A DNA stretch of 64,000 bases from a virus. Positions 56,066-64,000 of this stretch are shown piece by piece. Each line of letters begins with the position of its first letter. Within the stretch, counting starts at the first letter, position 1. Below the pieces are notes generated by a model. The model saw nothing but the letters and a program-made list of their open reading frames with translations. It had not been told where the DNA came from and made no database searches. The DNA is taken from positions 12,546-76,545 of IMG/VR virus record IMGVR_UViG_3300013286_000012, one strand, 5' to 3'. Both the position numbers and the translations under genes were made by a program.

Positions 56066-56599
56066 CTAGTTAGAATAGGACTGAAACTGAGGGTCGTTAA
56101 CCATTTCTTCGGCGTTGACTTGGTTGCAGTCTATGGTGACTACAGAATAGCGGTCCTTGTAACGTCCACGGGGTAAAACACGCGCAGGAACAAATACTTC
56201 TCCTTGGAATACGACGCGGTCTTTAATGTGGAGGTTTGGATTTGCAATCATTTCTGGAAGAAGACGGTTTAAATCGTCTACGGCAATTACTAGGCGCAAG
56301 GTATCTGTGGTGTAGTAGCCGCGCTCATTCATGACGTTGGTTCCACGAAGTTGTTGAGCCATAATTACAGGCAAATCAAATGGGTTATTCCAACGGCGTC
56401 CCTTGCCCGTTTCTTGGTTAGAGACATCGTAGATGGGGTCCACCCAATTGGCATAATGCGAAGCCAAGACATTGGGGTCCCAAGTCCACCAAGATACGGT
56501 GGTTCCTACAGGGTCACGAAGTTCGTCAACAATGCCTTCGTCCATAGAGGCAGACTCAAAATCAATTTTAAATCTACCTTGTACTTTGTTTCCACGCAT
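56066..56599 (-). CDS. probable head-closure/neck protein
   Basis: beta-rich, DR.VF.G.VF; position upstream of tail completion genes. Confidence 0.5.
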   Translation of the reverse strand: MRGNKVQGRFKIDFESASMDEGIVDELRDPVGTTVSWWTWDPNVLASHYANWVDPIYDVSNQETGKGRRWNNPFDLPVIMAQQLRGTNVMNERGYYTTDTLRLVIAVDDLNRLLPEMIANPNLHIKDRVVFQGEVFVPARVLPRGRYKDRYSVVTIDCNQVNAEEMVNDPQFQSYSN

Positions 56600-56614
56600 A
56601 ATGGATATTGTCCC

Positions 56615-57355
56615 TCATTTATAGGTTTTATCTTGTCTAAACATAGTTTTGTATCTATCAAAAAATTTAGTTTGAAGTTTAGTAGTGATATTTTGTTGTG
56701 CTTTTAACTCTGTAGCGTTTCCTATTTGCAATTCCCAATCGTTTCTTTTAAACGGAATGACTTGGGCTATAGGAGTTCCTTTTGGAATAAGTCCTTCAAA
56801 ATTAGGGTCGTTAATTACAAAGGGAAAATTAACGGGCGCAAAATATTCATCGGTGTCTACAATTCCAGGAAGAATGGTAAACGGCGATTCTCGATGCATG
56901 GGTTGAACAAAAAAGGCTGAGTAGCCTTTAGGGGTTCGAATTGACCATGGGTTAACCCACTTAGCATAAGGGTGTTCATTGCGTGCGGGGTGCTCTGGGG
57001 CTTGCTCAATAGGGTGAAAACCTACAAGTCCAAAATTAGACCATTCAAAATGTTGCATTTTTTTGTTTGGTAAATCTGTAACAACCTCACCAGTTTCAGC
57101 ATCTTTTGGTTCATATTCTTGTATTGAAACATACACATCAGCAGGAAGTGTAATGATGTATCCAGCAACAATGGCATCAAAAACTGGCATACAGCGTTTA
57201 ATAGTTGCTTGAGTTCCTGCATTACCATTTGGTTTTTTAACTCCTCCAACATATGAGTCAGTATTTTTATACCATTCAGGAACAAACTTTAAAGAAGGTA
57301 GTGGTTGTTCTAAATCATCAAAGCCACTTGTGTTTGTAAAAACAATAGTATTCAT
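56615..57355 (-). CDS. dUTPase-like fold protein (DUF6065-like), paralog 1
   Basis: PEWYK, KRCMP, PW.I.TP.GYS, GIVDTD, IP.GTP..Q.IPFKR. Confidence 0.7.
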   Translation of the reverse strand: MNTIVFTNTSGFDDLEQPLPSLKFVPEWYKNTDSYVGGVKKPNGNAGTQATIKRCMPVFDAIVAGYIITLPADVYVSIQEYEPKDAETGEVVTDLPNKKMQHFEWSNFGLVGFHPIEQAPEHPARNEHPYAKWVNPWSIRTPKGYSAFFVQPMHRESPFTILPGIVDTDEYFAPVNFPFVINDPNFEGLIPKGTPIAQVIPFKRNDWELQIGNATELKAQQNITTKLQTKFFDRYKTMFRQDKTYK

Positions 57356-57376
57356 TTTATAAACCTTTTTAAAAAA

Positions 57377-58093
57377 TTAATTGTAAGTTTTTTTACGCCA
57401 AAAATTTAATTTGTACCAATTATTTGCAGTAGATCTAGAAAAAAAAGTATTGTAATTTACTTCTTCAAATAATAAAGGATCTTCTTTAGAATTCCAATTT
57501 TCTCTTTTAAAAGGAATAATTTGTGCAAAAGGAGTGCCTTTTGGAATAATTCCATTAAAAGATTTATTAAAAAATACTGGTACATTTCCTTTTTGTAAAA
57601 TTACACGTCCATCTACTATTGCGCTTAATGTTGTAAAAGGTAAATCATGACGATTTAAAGGATGAGTAATTAAAGCACTGTATCCTTCTGGTATTTCATA
57701 GTAAACGTGAGTTACCCAAACAAAATGTTGAGAAGAAAATCCTTCGGGTATAGGAAGAAGATTATTAAGTTCTAAATCAATACGAATAGAAACTGGCACA
57801 TATCCTAACGTTTCATTCCATGTAATAACAGTATCTATGTCTGTTAAGTTATCAACTGCAATATCGCACGGAGTAGTTAAAACATATCCTGTAGCAAAAG
57901 ATTCTAAAAATGGTACACACGATTTAAAAGATTTTACATAAGGAATTCTATTTGGATTATGATCTTTTGAATATTTTGATGTATTTTTATACCAATCAGG
58001 AATAACCATTTTTGCTGAAATAAAAGGATTTTTATAAAAAATTAAATCTGTAAAGTATCTAATATTAGTTTTTTTATTTTTTTTAAATTTCAT
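57377..58093 (-). CDS. dUTPase-like fold protein, paralog 2
   Basis: PDWYK, K.C.PF, P.GYS, IP.GTP.AQIIPFKR. Confidence 0.7.
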   Translation of the reverse strand: MKFKKNKKTNIRYFTDLIFYKNPFISAKMVIPDWYKNTSKYSKDHNPNRIPYVKSFKSCVPFLESFATGYVLTTPCDIAVDNLTDIDTVITWNETLGYVPVSIRIDLELNNLLPIPEGFSSQHFVWVTHVYYEIPEGYSALITHPLNRHDLPFTTLSAIVDGRVILQKGNVPVFFNKSFNGIIPKGTPFAQIIPFKRENWNSKEDPLLFEEVNYNTFFSRSTANNWYKLNFWRKKTYN

Positions 58094-58788
58094 TTATATT
58101 CTTTCTTACTCCACCAAAATTTTTTATAACGATCAAAAAATACTCGGTTAAACTTACTTATATCTATAGCATATTTTTTTTGTTCTTTTTTTCCTCCTAA
58201 AGAAGAAACCCATAATTCTCTTTTAAAGGGAATAATTTGTAAAAATGGAGTTCCAGCAGGAATCATTCCTTCAAAATTTGGATCACGTAATTTTAAAAAC
58301 ATATTAAATGGAAGAGAGTAGGTATCGGTATCAACGATTCCACTAGCGCAAGTAATTGGTCCAGGTTCGTGATGTTGAGGTTCCATAACCATAATAGACC
58401 AACCATTTGGAGTTTTAATTGACCAAGGTATTACAATTCTTACAGCATAGTTAATGTCTCTTGAATAAGGATGGTTTTGAAACTGATCTAATATTTGAAA
58501 TTGTATTGCATCATTGGTTGCCCATTGAAAATAAGGGCCTTCAGGAGTTTGACGAATATAAATATCATATGGAGTTTCCATAATGTAACCAGCAGTCATC
58601 ATATCCCACAAAGGCATACACCTTTTCACAGTAGCCATGGGTGTGCCGTCTATTGTTGGTGCTTTTTTACCACTAGGATCTAAATAAGATTTTGCATTTT
58701 TATACCATTGAGGTATGTATTCAATGGCGGGTTTAGGTTTTTCTAAAACTCCTTTAGGATTTTGAATGTCCGTAAAAATAATTTTCAT
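58090..58788 (-). CDS. dUTPase-like fold protein, paralog 3
   Basis: PQWYK, KRCMP, GIVDTD, IPAGTP..QIIPFKR. Confidence 0.7.
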   Translation of the reverse strand: MKIIFTDIQNPKGVLEKPKPAIEYIPQWYKNAKSYLDPSGKKAPTIDGTPMATVKRCMPLWDMMTAGYIMETPYDIYIRQTPEGPYFQWATNDAIQFQILDQFQNHPYSRDINYAVRIVIPWSIKTPNGWSIMVMEPQHHEPGPITCASGIVDTDTYSLPFNMFLKLRDPNFEGMIPAGTPFLQIIPFKRELWVSSLGGKKEQKKYAIDISKFNRVFFDRYKKFWWSKKEYK

Positions 58789-58895
58789 ATAATGCTCCTC
58801 GTTGTAATCCGTACAGCATAACTATTTATAAAAATTATGTCTAATTATGGTTGTTATTTAGACGGTTTTTCTACTTCTGAGTTAGTAAATACTTG

Positions 58896-59102
58896 TTATT
58901 CATCTTTTGTTTCAGGGTTTATACAAGAACCAATAACGGGGTCATAAGCCCAACCAACCGCTGTTAATGAATCACTTGCTTCAATAACAAAGTCATATTC
59001 AAAAGTATCTTTTACAATTTGAATAATGTCAACATTTTGAGAATCCAAAATAATAACATTTGTAACAACATTATTTGTAATGCATGCGTGTAATGTATCC
59101 AT
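58896..59102 (-). CDS. small tail-fibre-associated protein
   Basis: A.I.NNVV.NVI...GW.YD; coupled to Gly-rich fibre gene. Confidence 0.6.
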   Translation of the reverse strand: MDTLHACITNNVVTNVIILDSQNVDIIQIVKDTFEYDFVIEASDSLTAVGWAYDPVIGSCINPETKDE

Positions 59103-60190
59103 TATGCAAACTTCTTTTCGTAAATGATAACTCGACCAGCACCACCAGCGCCACCAGAGCCACCAGCACGGCTACCAGTTGCGCTTGGCCAAGAACCGCC
59201 ACCGCCACCGCCGCCACCGCCGCCGCCTGGCTGTGAACCTGTACCGCCGCCTCCACCGCCATTTGCATATGTACCACAATAACTATTGTTAAATCCAGCG
59301 CTTCCACCGCCACCACCGTTGGCACCAGCAGGTGAACCTCCGCCACCGCCTCCGCCACCGTTTACAGCACAACCCGTGTTAGCGCCAACGAAAGCACCGC
59401 TACCGCCTCCGCCTCCTCCTCCTCCGTATTGAATAGTTGCTATTCCAGAAAGCGCAATATTTCCACCAGCATTTCCTGAACCTCCACCTAAACCAGTATA
59501 ACCATAATTTCCTGAAGCACCGCCACCACCGTTGCCTCCTCCATTACCAGTTGCTTTAATATACCCATCTCCAGCACCATTACTTGTAATAAAATTTCCA
59601 ACTGAACTAGTTCCGCCCCCTGAACCGCCGATAGTTACTAAATAAGTTGTACCAGCGTTAGTTAGTGTTCTGCCACCTGCGCCTAATCCACCATTGCCAC
59701 CGCTACCGCCTGCAGCAGGACCGCTATTTCCTCCTGAGTTTCCACCGTTTCCACCACCAATTGCAAATGCAGCAATTTCAGTAGCGCCAGAAGAAACTGT
59801 GTAATTTGTTGTTGAGTTAACGGTTTGTGCCAATGTCCATGATGCTGCTTGTGCAGTAAATGAGTTGGATGCTGGTCCTTCAGGACCAGTTCCAGTTACG
59901 TTAATTCCTTTTGCTTTAAAGGTATAAGCAGTTCCTTGGGTAAGACCAGTAAGAGTTACTGGACTTGTTCCAGTAGCAGTTAATGAGCCAGGAGTCGAAG
60001 TCACGGTGTATGTAGTCGGTATTCCACCACTGTTTGCAGCAGTTACAGCAATAGTTGCACCCAAATCCACTGGAGTAATTGATGCAATTGAAGGTGCATC
60101 AGGAACATCTACAATTTTTGATGTGCCAGCACTAGCGTCCGAATAACGGTCGCCTGCAATACCTGAATTGCTTGCCTTCCGAATCGCCAT
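59102..60190 (-). CDS. Gly-rich fibre protein with FN3-like domain
   Basis: PDAP, GLT.GT.Y.F...N..G.G..S; poly-Gly; GG.G.VII end. Confidence 0.75.
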   Translation of the reverse strand: MAIRKASNSGIAGDRYSDASAGTSKIVDVPDAPSIASITPVDLGATIAVTAANSGGIPTTYTVTSTPGSLTATGTSPVTLTGLTQGTAYTFKAKGINVTGTGPEGPASNSFTAQAASWTLAQTVNSTTNYTVSSGATEIAAFAIGGGNGGNSGGNSGPAAGGSGGNGGLGAGGRTLTNAGTTYLVTIGGSGGGTSSVGNFITSNGAGDGYIKATGNGGGNGGGGASGNYGYTGLGGGSGNAGGNIALSGIATIQYGGGGGGGGSGAFVGANTGCAVNGGGGGGGGSPAGANGGGGGSAGFNNSYCGTYANGGGGGGTGSQPGGGGGGGGGGGSWPSATGSRAGGSGGAGGAGRVIIYEKKFA

Positions 60191-60531
60191 TATGCAATCT
60201 CACTTCCAAATACTGAAAACGACATGGTGGCTGTAGAAGCATAGACTTGAATTTTATCACTTGCTGCTAAAGTAATGCCAAGAGTTAACATGATTGAGTC
60301 AGATGCCGCGACTGTTGCTCCGTATACAACGTAGTGCTTTGCGGCAGTTGAACTATCCGCAGAAGGACGAACCGCGATACGGTACGTTGCAGATGAACCT
60401 GCTTGGTTTGCAATAACGATTGTTGAGACAACTGCTTGAGTTGCTGACGGAACTGTGTATAGGGTTCCTTCGGTAGTGGCGCCAAGGGTAGCCGTTGCTA
60501 CTTGACCTAATACTTTATATGTTGTTGCCAA
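60190..60531 (-). CDS. small virion structural protein
   Basis: YKVLGQ..LYTVP..FGSEI; TTG start with GGAG RBS. Confidence 0.65.
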   Translation of the reverse strand: MATTYKVLGQVATATLGATTEGTLYTVPSATQAVVSTIVIANQAGSSATYRIAVRPSADSSTAAKHYVVYGATVAASDSIMLTLGITLAASDKIQVYASTATMSFSVFGSEIA

Positions 60532-60596
60532 GATAAACTCCTTCGAAGGGGATGGTAAAAGTATGCCTTATAATTGGTCTGATGTAGGGTTAAAAC

Positions 60597-61892
60597 TTAT
60601 TGGATATAAACTTTTTCTGAGACCCATAATCGGTATCCCATAAAGGTAATAAGTTCAATTCCAAAGGCGCTTTTTTCTACTACTTCCAAGTACTTGTTGT
60701 GATAAGGGTACTTGCAAAGGAATAGTTTATTGTGCCCAATTGCAAATGGAATTAAGGTTGGAAAGGTTCGCAGATACTCGACCAGGCCATCCATAACCCC
60801 CAGCCAGTGCGGGTGGGTAATATCATCGAGTATGACGATGCCCGTATCGCTGACATATTTTTCAGCCAATTTTAAATCGTTGAGCGTGTGCGTCTTTGTA
60901 TGACCGCCGTCTATAGAGAAGTAGCGTATGGAACCAGCAGGTATTTTCTCATCTAGATGTGCTTTAACTTTTCCAGAGGTAGAATCTCCTTTAACAATGA
61001 GCACTTTATCTCCGCCAAAATTATCGTAGCGTTTTAAATTTTCAATAAAAATATCTGTGGAGCCCTGACCACCGTTACTATCACTATTGAGGTGCTGGTC
61101 TTCAAAGATATCTATGGCGTAAGAAGGCTCTAGGGTATCAATCATATTTCTAAGAAGAAGGAAGAAACGCCCCATATAAACGCCAATTTCTGCAACGCCA
61201 CCCTCTTTGTTCCAATCCACATTAAGAACTTTCATAAACTCAGGCAGGGTCTGTACTACCCATCCAGCAACTTTGGTAAAGCCATCACTAAGATATTTAT
61301 CGTAATGAGATTCAACTAACTCTTGTCCTACGCCCATAAAATCTAAATTACTTTTTACTGTGGTGGCGTACTCTGGGGGCAAAACCATTTTAGATAGTTT
61401 AGTAAATAACTCTTGACTTTCATCTTGGCGTCCTACCCACCAAGCACATACAGCCTTTTCAAATGTTAAACAAAAATCTCCTGGGTAATCCACACCAGTA
61501 GGAAGTGGTGCGTGATTGCCCGATAATCTATAGAGACCAGTCTCTGCATACGTGTAAGCCTCTTGCCAATTTTTATTGCGCTCACTATAGCGAGCAAGTA
61601 AGAACCACGCTTCTGGTCTTCCTGGCTGATATGCCGCAGCCTTTAGAAATAAGTTTTGCACTGTTGCTTGTCTATTTTTTTGTATCTCAAAACAATTTGC
61701 AGAAATTAATAGCGAGGCGTACACGTACTCAGGATGAGTGTAATAGCCATACTCTGCAGTTCTTAAGTAAAAAGATATAGCCGATGCAGTCTGCCCAATA
61801 GATTTGTATTCTGTAGCAATATTAAAGCAGAGCACTGGATTAAAGGGGTCATTGCTTAACTCGGTAACTAACTCGTCTATGACTTTAAACAT
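60597..61892 (-). CDS. TPR protein fused to class I SAM methyltransferase (Methyltransf_24-like)
   Basis: helical TPR N-half; EIGVYMG, IDIF, GDS, SIDGGH, ILDD. Confidence 0.8.
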   Translation of the reverse strand: MFKVIDELVTELSNDPFNPVLCFNIATEYKSIGQTASAISFYLRTAEYGYYTHPEYVYASLLISANCFEIQKNRQATVQNLFLKAAAYQPGRPEAWFLLARYSERNKNWQEAYTYAETGLYRLSGNHAPLPTGVDYPGDFCLTFEKAVCAWWVGRQDESQELFTKLSKMVLPPEYATTVKSNLDFMGVGQELVESHYDKYLSDGFTKVAGWVVQTLPEFMKVLNVDWNKEGGVAEIGVYMGRFFLLLRNMIDTLEPSYAIDIFEDQHLNSDSNGGQGSTDIFIENLKRYDNFGGDKVLIVKGDSTSGKVKAHLDEKIPAGSIRYFSIDGGHTKTHTLNDLKLAEKYVSDTGIVILDDITHPHWLGVMDGLVEYLRTFPTLIPFAIGHNKLFLCKYPYHNKYLEVVEKSAFGIELITFMGYRLWVSEKVYIQ

Positions 61893-62883
61893 TAATCGCC
61901 TCTGCAATCATGCTATCTATTAACGCTCCTGGAACTTGCAGTACAAAGGCAGCGTTATCAACGTAGCCAAAGGTTATCAACAAGTCATCGCCTAGTTGAG
62001 CAGCACCTGCGGCAAACTCTATCTGCCCATCCAAGAATGACCAGGACGACGGGGACATACCCTCCAGCACAAACTCATCATTCCATACGCATAGCCTATG
62101 GCGATAGGTAGCGTTTTTCTGCTTCATATAGTTACTGAATAAAACTACCTCATGGGTTATAGCAATATATTTATTGCCCCACTTAATAACTTGAGAACCA
62201 CCACGTTGGTCAGAGTTAACAGTTTTTCCGTCTTTATGCGATATTTGCTCGCACGTAGGTTCTTTAGGATTAGCCTTAACTACTTCTGTTGGAGAAGTCC
62301 ATTTAACATACTGGAACTCTCTATCTAAAATTGGCATCCAGTTCTTCTCGCAATAAGAAGTTTCATTTATTGGGGCTGGAATTCTTATGCGAGATACTTC
62401 TTTAGCAGTCCATTTCTTCTTATCAATTTTTAACTCTGATAGTTCCATACGGCCTTGACCGTTGGTGGTGGTGTCTCGTCTAACGCCTGTGGCGTAATAC
62501 TTTTTGCCCCATTTAACAAGGCGTGCATCTTCTTCGCCAACAAATGTCCAAATAGGTTTTACGTCTAATTTTGTTGTATCAATAAGTGTGTAGTTAATGA
62601 TGTTTAAGTCTTTATCAAGGCGACAAAAATAATTAGCAGTTACTAGCCTTTGGTCTTCTTCTGGATGTAGATATGCCAGTGGACCCCAGACGCTAGGGAA
62701 GCGTTGGTCATTTTCGGCGTGATAAAGTGAGTAGTTGATATGGCGCAAAATACAAAGGATATCGCCATCATCATCTATAAAGACAGATGGGTTCATTAAC
62801 CCAGTTCCACCAGTAACGATTGCAGGGATAATGAGGGGCTTTAATTTTCCGCCCTGTTGTACCGATTGTTGTACCAGATTCAT
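61885..62883 (-). CDS. five-bladed beta-propeller glycosidase/phosphorylase-like protein (GH130/GH43-like)
   Basis: NPSV, GEEDARL, EKNWMP, RGGSQ, IEFAAG, FG..D. Confidence 0.75.
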   Translation of the reverse strand: MNLVQQSVQQGGKLKPLIIPAIVTGGTGLMNPSVFIDDDGDILCILRHINYSLYHAENDQRFPSVWGPLAYLHPEEDQRLVTANYFCRLDKDLNIINYTLIDTTKLDVKPIWTFVGEEDARLVKWGKKYYATGVRRDTTTNGQGRMELSELKIDKKKWTAKEVSRIRIPAPINETSYCEKNWMPILDREFQYVKWTSPTEVVKANPKEPTCEQISHKDGKTVNSDQRGGSQVIKWGNKYIAITHEVVLFSNYMKQKNATYRHRLCVWNDEFVLEGMSPSSWSFLDGQIEFAAGAAQLGDDLLITFGYVDNAAFVLQVPGALIDSMIAEAINV

Positions 62884-62902
62884 GGGGTGAGTCTAGCGGT
62901 AG

Positions 62903-64000
62903 TTAGGCGCCAATCAGCATTAACTCAGAGAAGGCTGCTCCAGCCGCAGGTGTAGACCATTGAACTCCAGAACCAGTAGATGCAAGTACTTGACCACTTG
63001 TACCAACAGCAGAGCCTGCAGTTAGTGTTCCTGTAAGCGTTAGGTTAGAGATTGTTGGGCCAATACCAAGTACGTTTGCTCCAGTACCAGTGATGCTGTT
63101 AAAGCCAATGTACTCATAATCCCAAGAAGTTGCATCTGTTCCAGAGGTAGATACGCAGTTGATTTTTATACTTGTTCCAGAGATTACGGTGGCAATAAGG
63201 TTAGCGCCAGAAGAGTTAACCGTTAGGTTACCTGTGCTGTTATTCTCAATGACATAACGCATACCGACTGTCATTGTGCTTGCAACTGGCATCACTACTG
63301 TCTGAGTTGTAGAGCCTGTAAATAATTGTTGGTTATTGCTTGAAACAAGAAGTGTTGTAGTTGTTCCAGCAGTTGCTGTAGTTGAGTAACCCAACTTAAA
63401 GTTATCAATTACTGGAAGAGAAATTGTTGGGGCAGTTCCAAATACAACTACACCAGTACCAGTCTCATCAGATAGAGCCGCAGCCAAAGCCGCAGAGGTG
63501 CCGTAAGAACCCGTAGCACCCGTTGTGCCTTGGGTACCCGTCGTGCCTTGAGTTCCAGCAGTGCCTTGGCTGCCAGTAGTTCCTTGTGAACCTGTTGCGC
63601 CTTGAGAACCAGTCGTACCTTGCGTTCCTGTAGCGCCCTGAGAGCCTGTAGAACCAGTGGTTCCTTGCGCTCCTGTAGAACCAGTAGAGCCTTGTGCGCC
63701 CGTAGAACCCGTAGCACCCTGGATACCAGTGGTACCTTGAGAACCTGTGGAGCCCGTTGTACCTTGAGGACCAGTAATGCCTTGAATACCTTGAGTTCCA
63801 GTTGCGCCTTGAGTACCCGTGGTTCCTTGAGAGCCAGTGGTTCCTTGAGGACCTGTATTGCCCTGAGTACCTGTGGCTCCTTGAGAACCCGTAGTTCCTT
63901 GTGAACCTGTAGTTCCCTGAATACCTACGGCGCCGTCTAAGTTAACTGACCAAGATGCAAAAGTTCCTGTACCAACAATTCTATCGTTGGTAAATGTTAA
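62903..64000 (-). CDS. collagen-repeat tail fibre protein, 5' end outside window
   Basis: frame appears open from window edge; long G-X-Q/G-X-T triplet array about 63510-63930; [10 protein letters not shown] motif. Confidence 0.85.
   Translation of the reverse strand, partial: LTFTNDRIVGTGTFASWSVNLDGAVGIQGTTGSQGTTGSQGATGTQGNTGPQGTTGSQGTTGTQGATGTQGIQGITGPQGTTGSTGSQGTTGIQGATGSTGAQGSTGSTGAQGTTGSTGSQGATGTQGTTGSQGATGSQGTTGSQGTAGTQGTTGTQGTTGATGSYGTSAALAAALSDETGTGVVVFGTAPTISLPVIDNFKLGYSTTATAGTTTTLLVSSNNQQLFTGSTTQTVVMPVASTMTVGMRYVIENNSTGNLTVNSSGANLIATVISGTSIKINCVSTSGTDATSWDYEYIGFNSITGTGANVLGIGPTISNLTLTGTLTAGSAVGTSGQVLASTGSGVQWSTPAAGAAFSELMLIGA

Noticed and set aside
63500-63930. DNA tandem repeat array
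   Set aside because: Explained by collagen G-X-Y coding with synonymous variation.
1-64000. tRNA genes, introns/inteins, alternative genetic code
   Set aside because: No cloverleaf/T-loop signature noticed in the gaps; PolA, DnaB, RecA and NrdJ are of normal length and uninterrupted; all three stop codons end genes normally.

Overview
The window is a 64-kb segment of a large contractile-tailed (myovirus-type) bacteriophage, most likely infecting an Actinobacterium (two WhiB genes, leaderless TANNNT promoters). Layout: (i) a + strand early block (1-8.5 kb: small ORFs, MoxR AAA+/vWA pair, HNH, WhiB, AlpA/Xis-like HTH); (ii) a tyrosine recombinase and lytic transglycosylase (8.6-11.1 kb), ending at a strand switch; (iii) a long - strand block containing class II RNR, a TGT-like/HAD/nucleotidyltransferase cluster, small disordered proteins, SpoVS, recombination and replication genes (RuvC, Cas4-like, RecA, PolA, SSB, SNF2, primase, DnaB, DnaC-like, Rep with iterons), baseplate, tape measure, tube and sheath genes, an operon of tiny charged peptides, and tail-fibre/glycan-related genes. 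Capsid, portal and terminase were not recognised in the window. No tRNA, rRNA or CRISPR array was seen. Best leads: (1) a coupled operon of one ultra-acidic peptide followed by ten Lys-rich peptides, four starting with MCxxCGC, a candidate phage DNA-condensation plus chaperone system; (2) a 16-bp motif repeated in different reading frames around the recombinase and strand switch; (3) an unassigned structured RNA at 6.7 kb; (4) a probable +1/-2 frameshift in the tail chaperone; (5) layered restriction-site avoidance. All calls come from motif reading by eye; no database searches were run.
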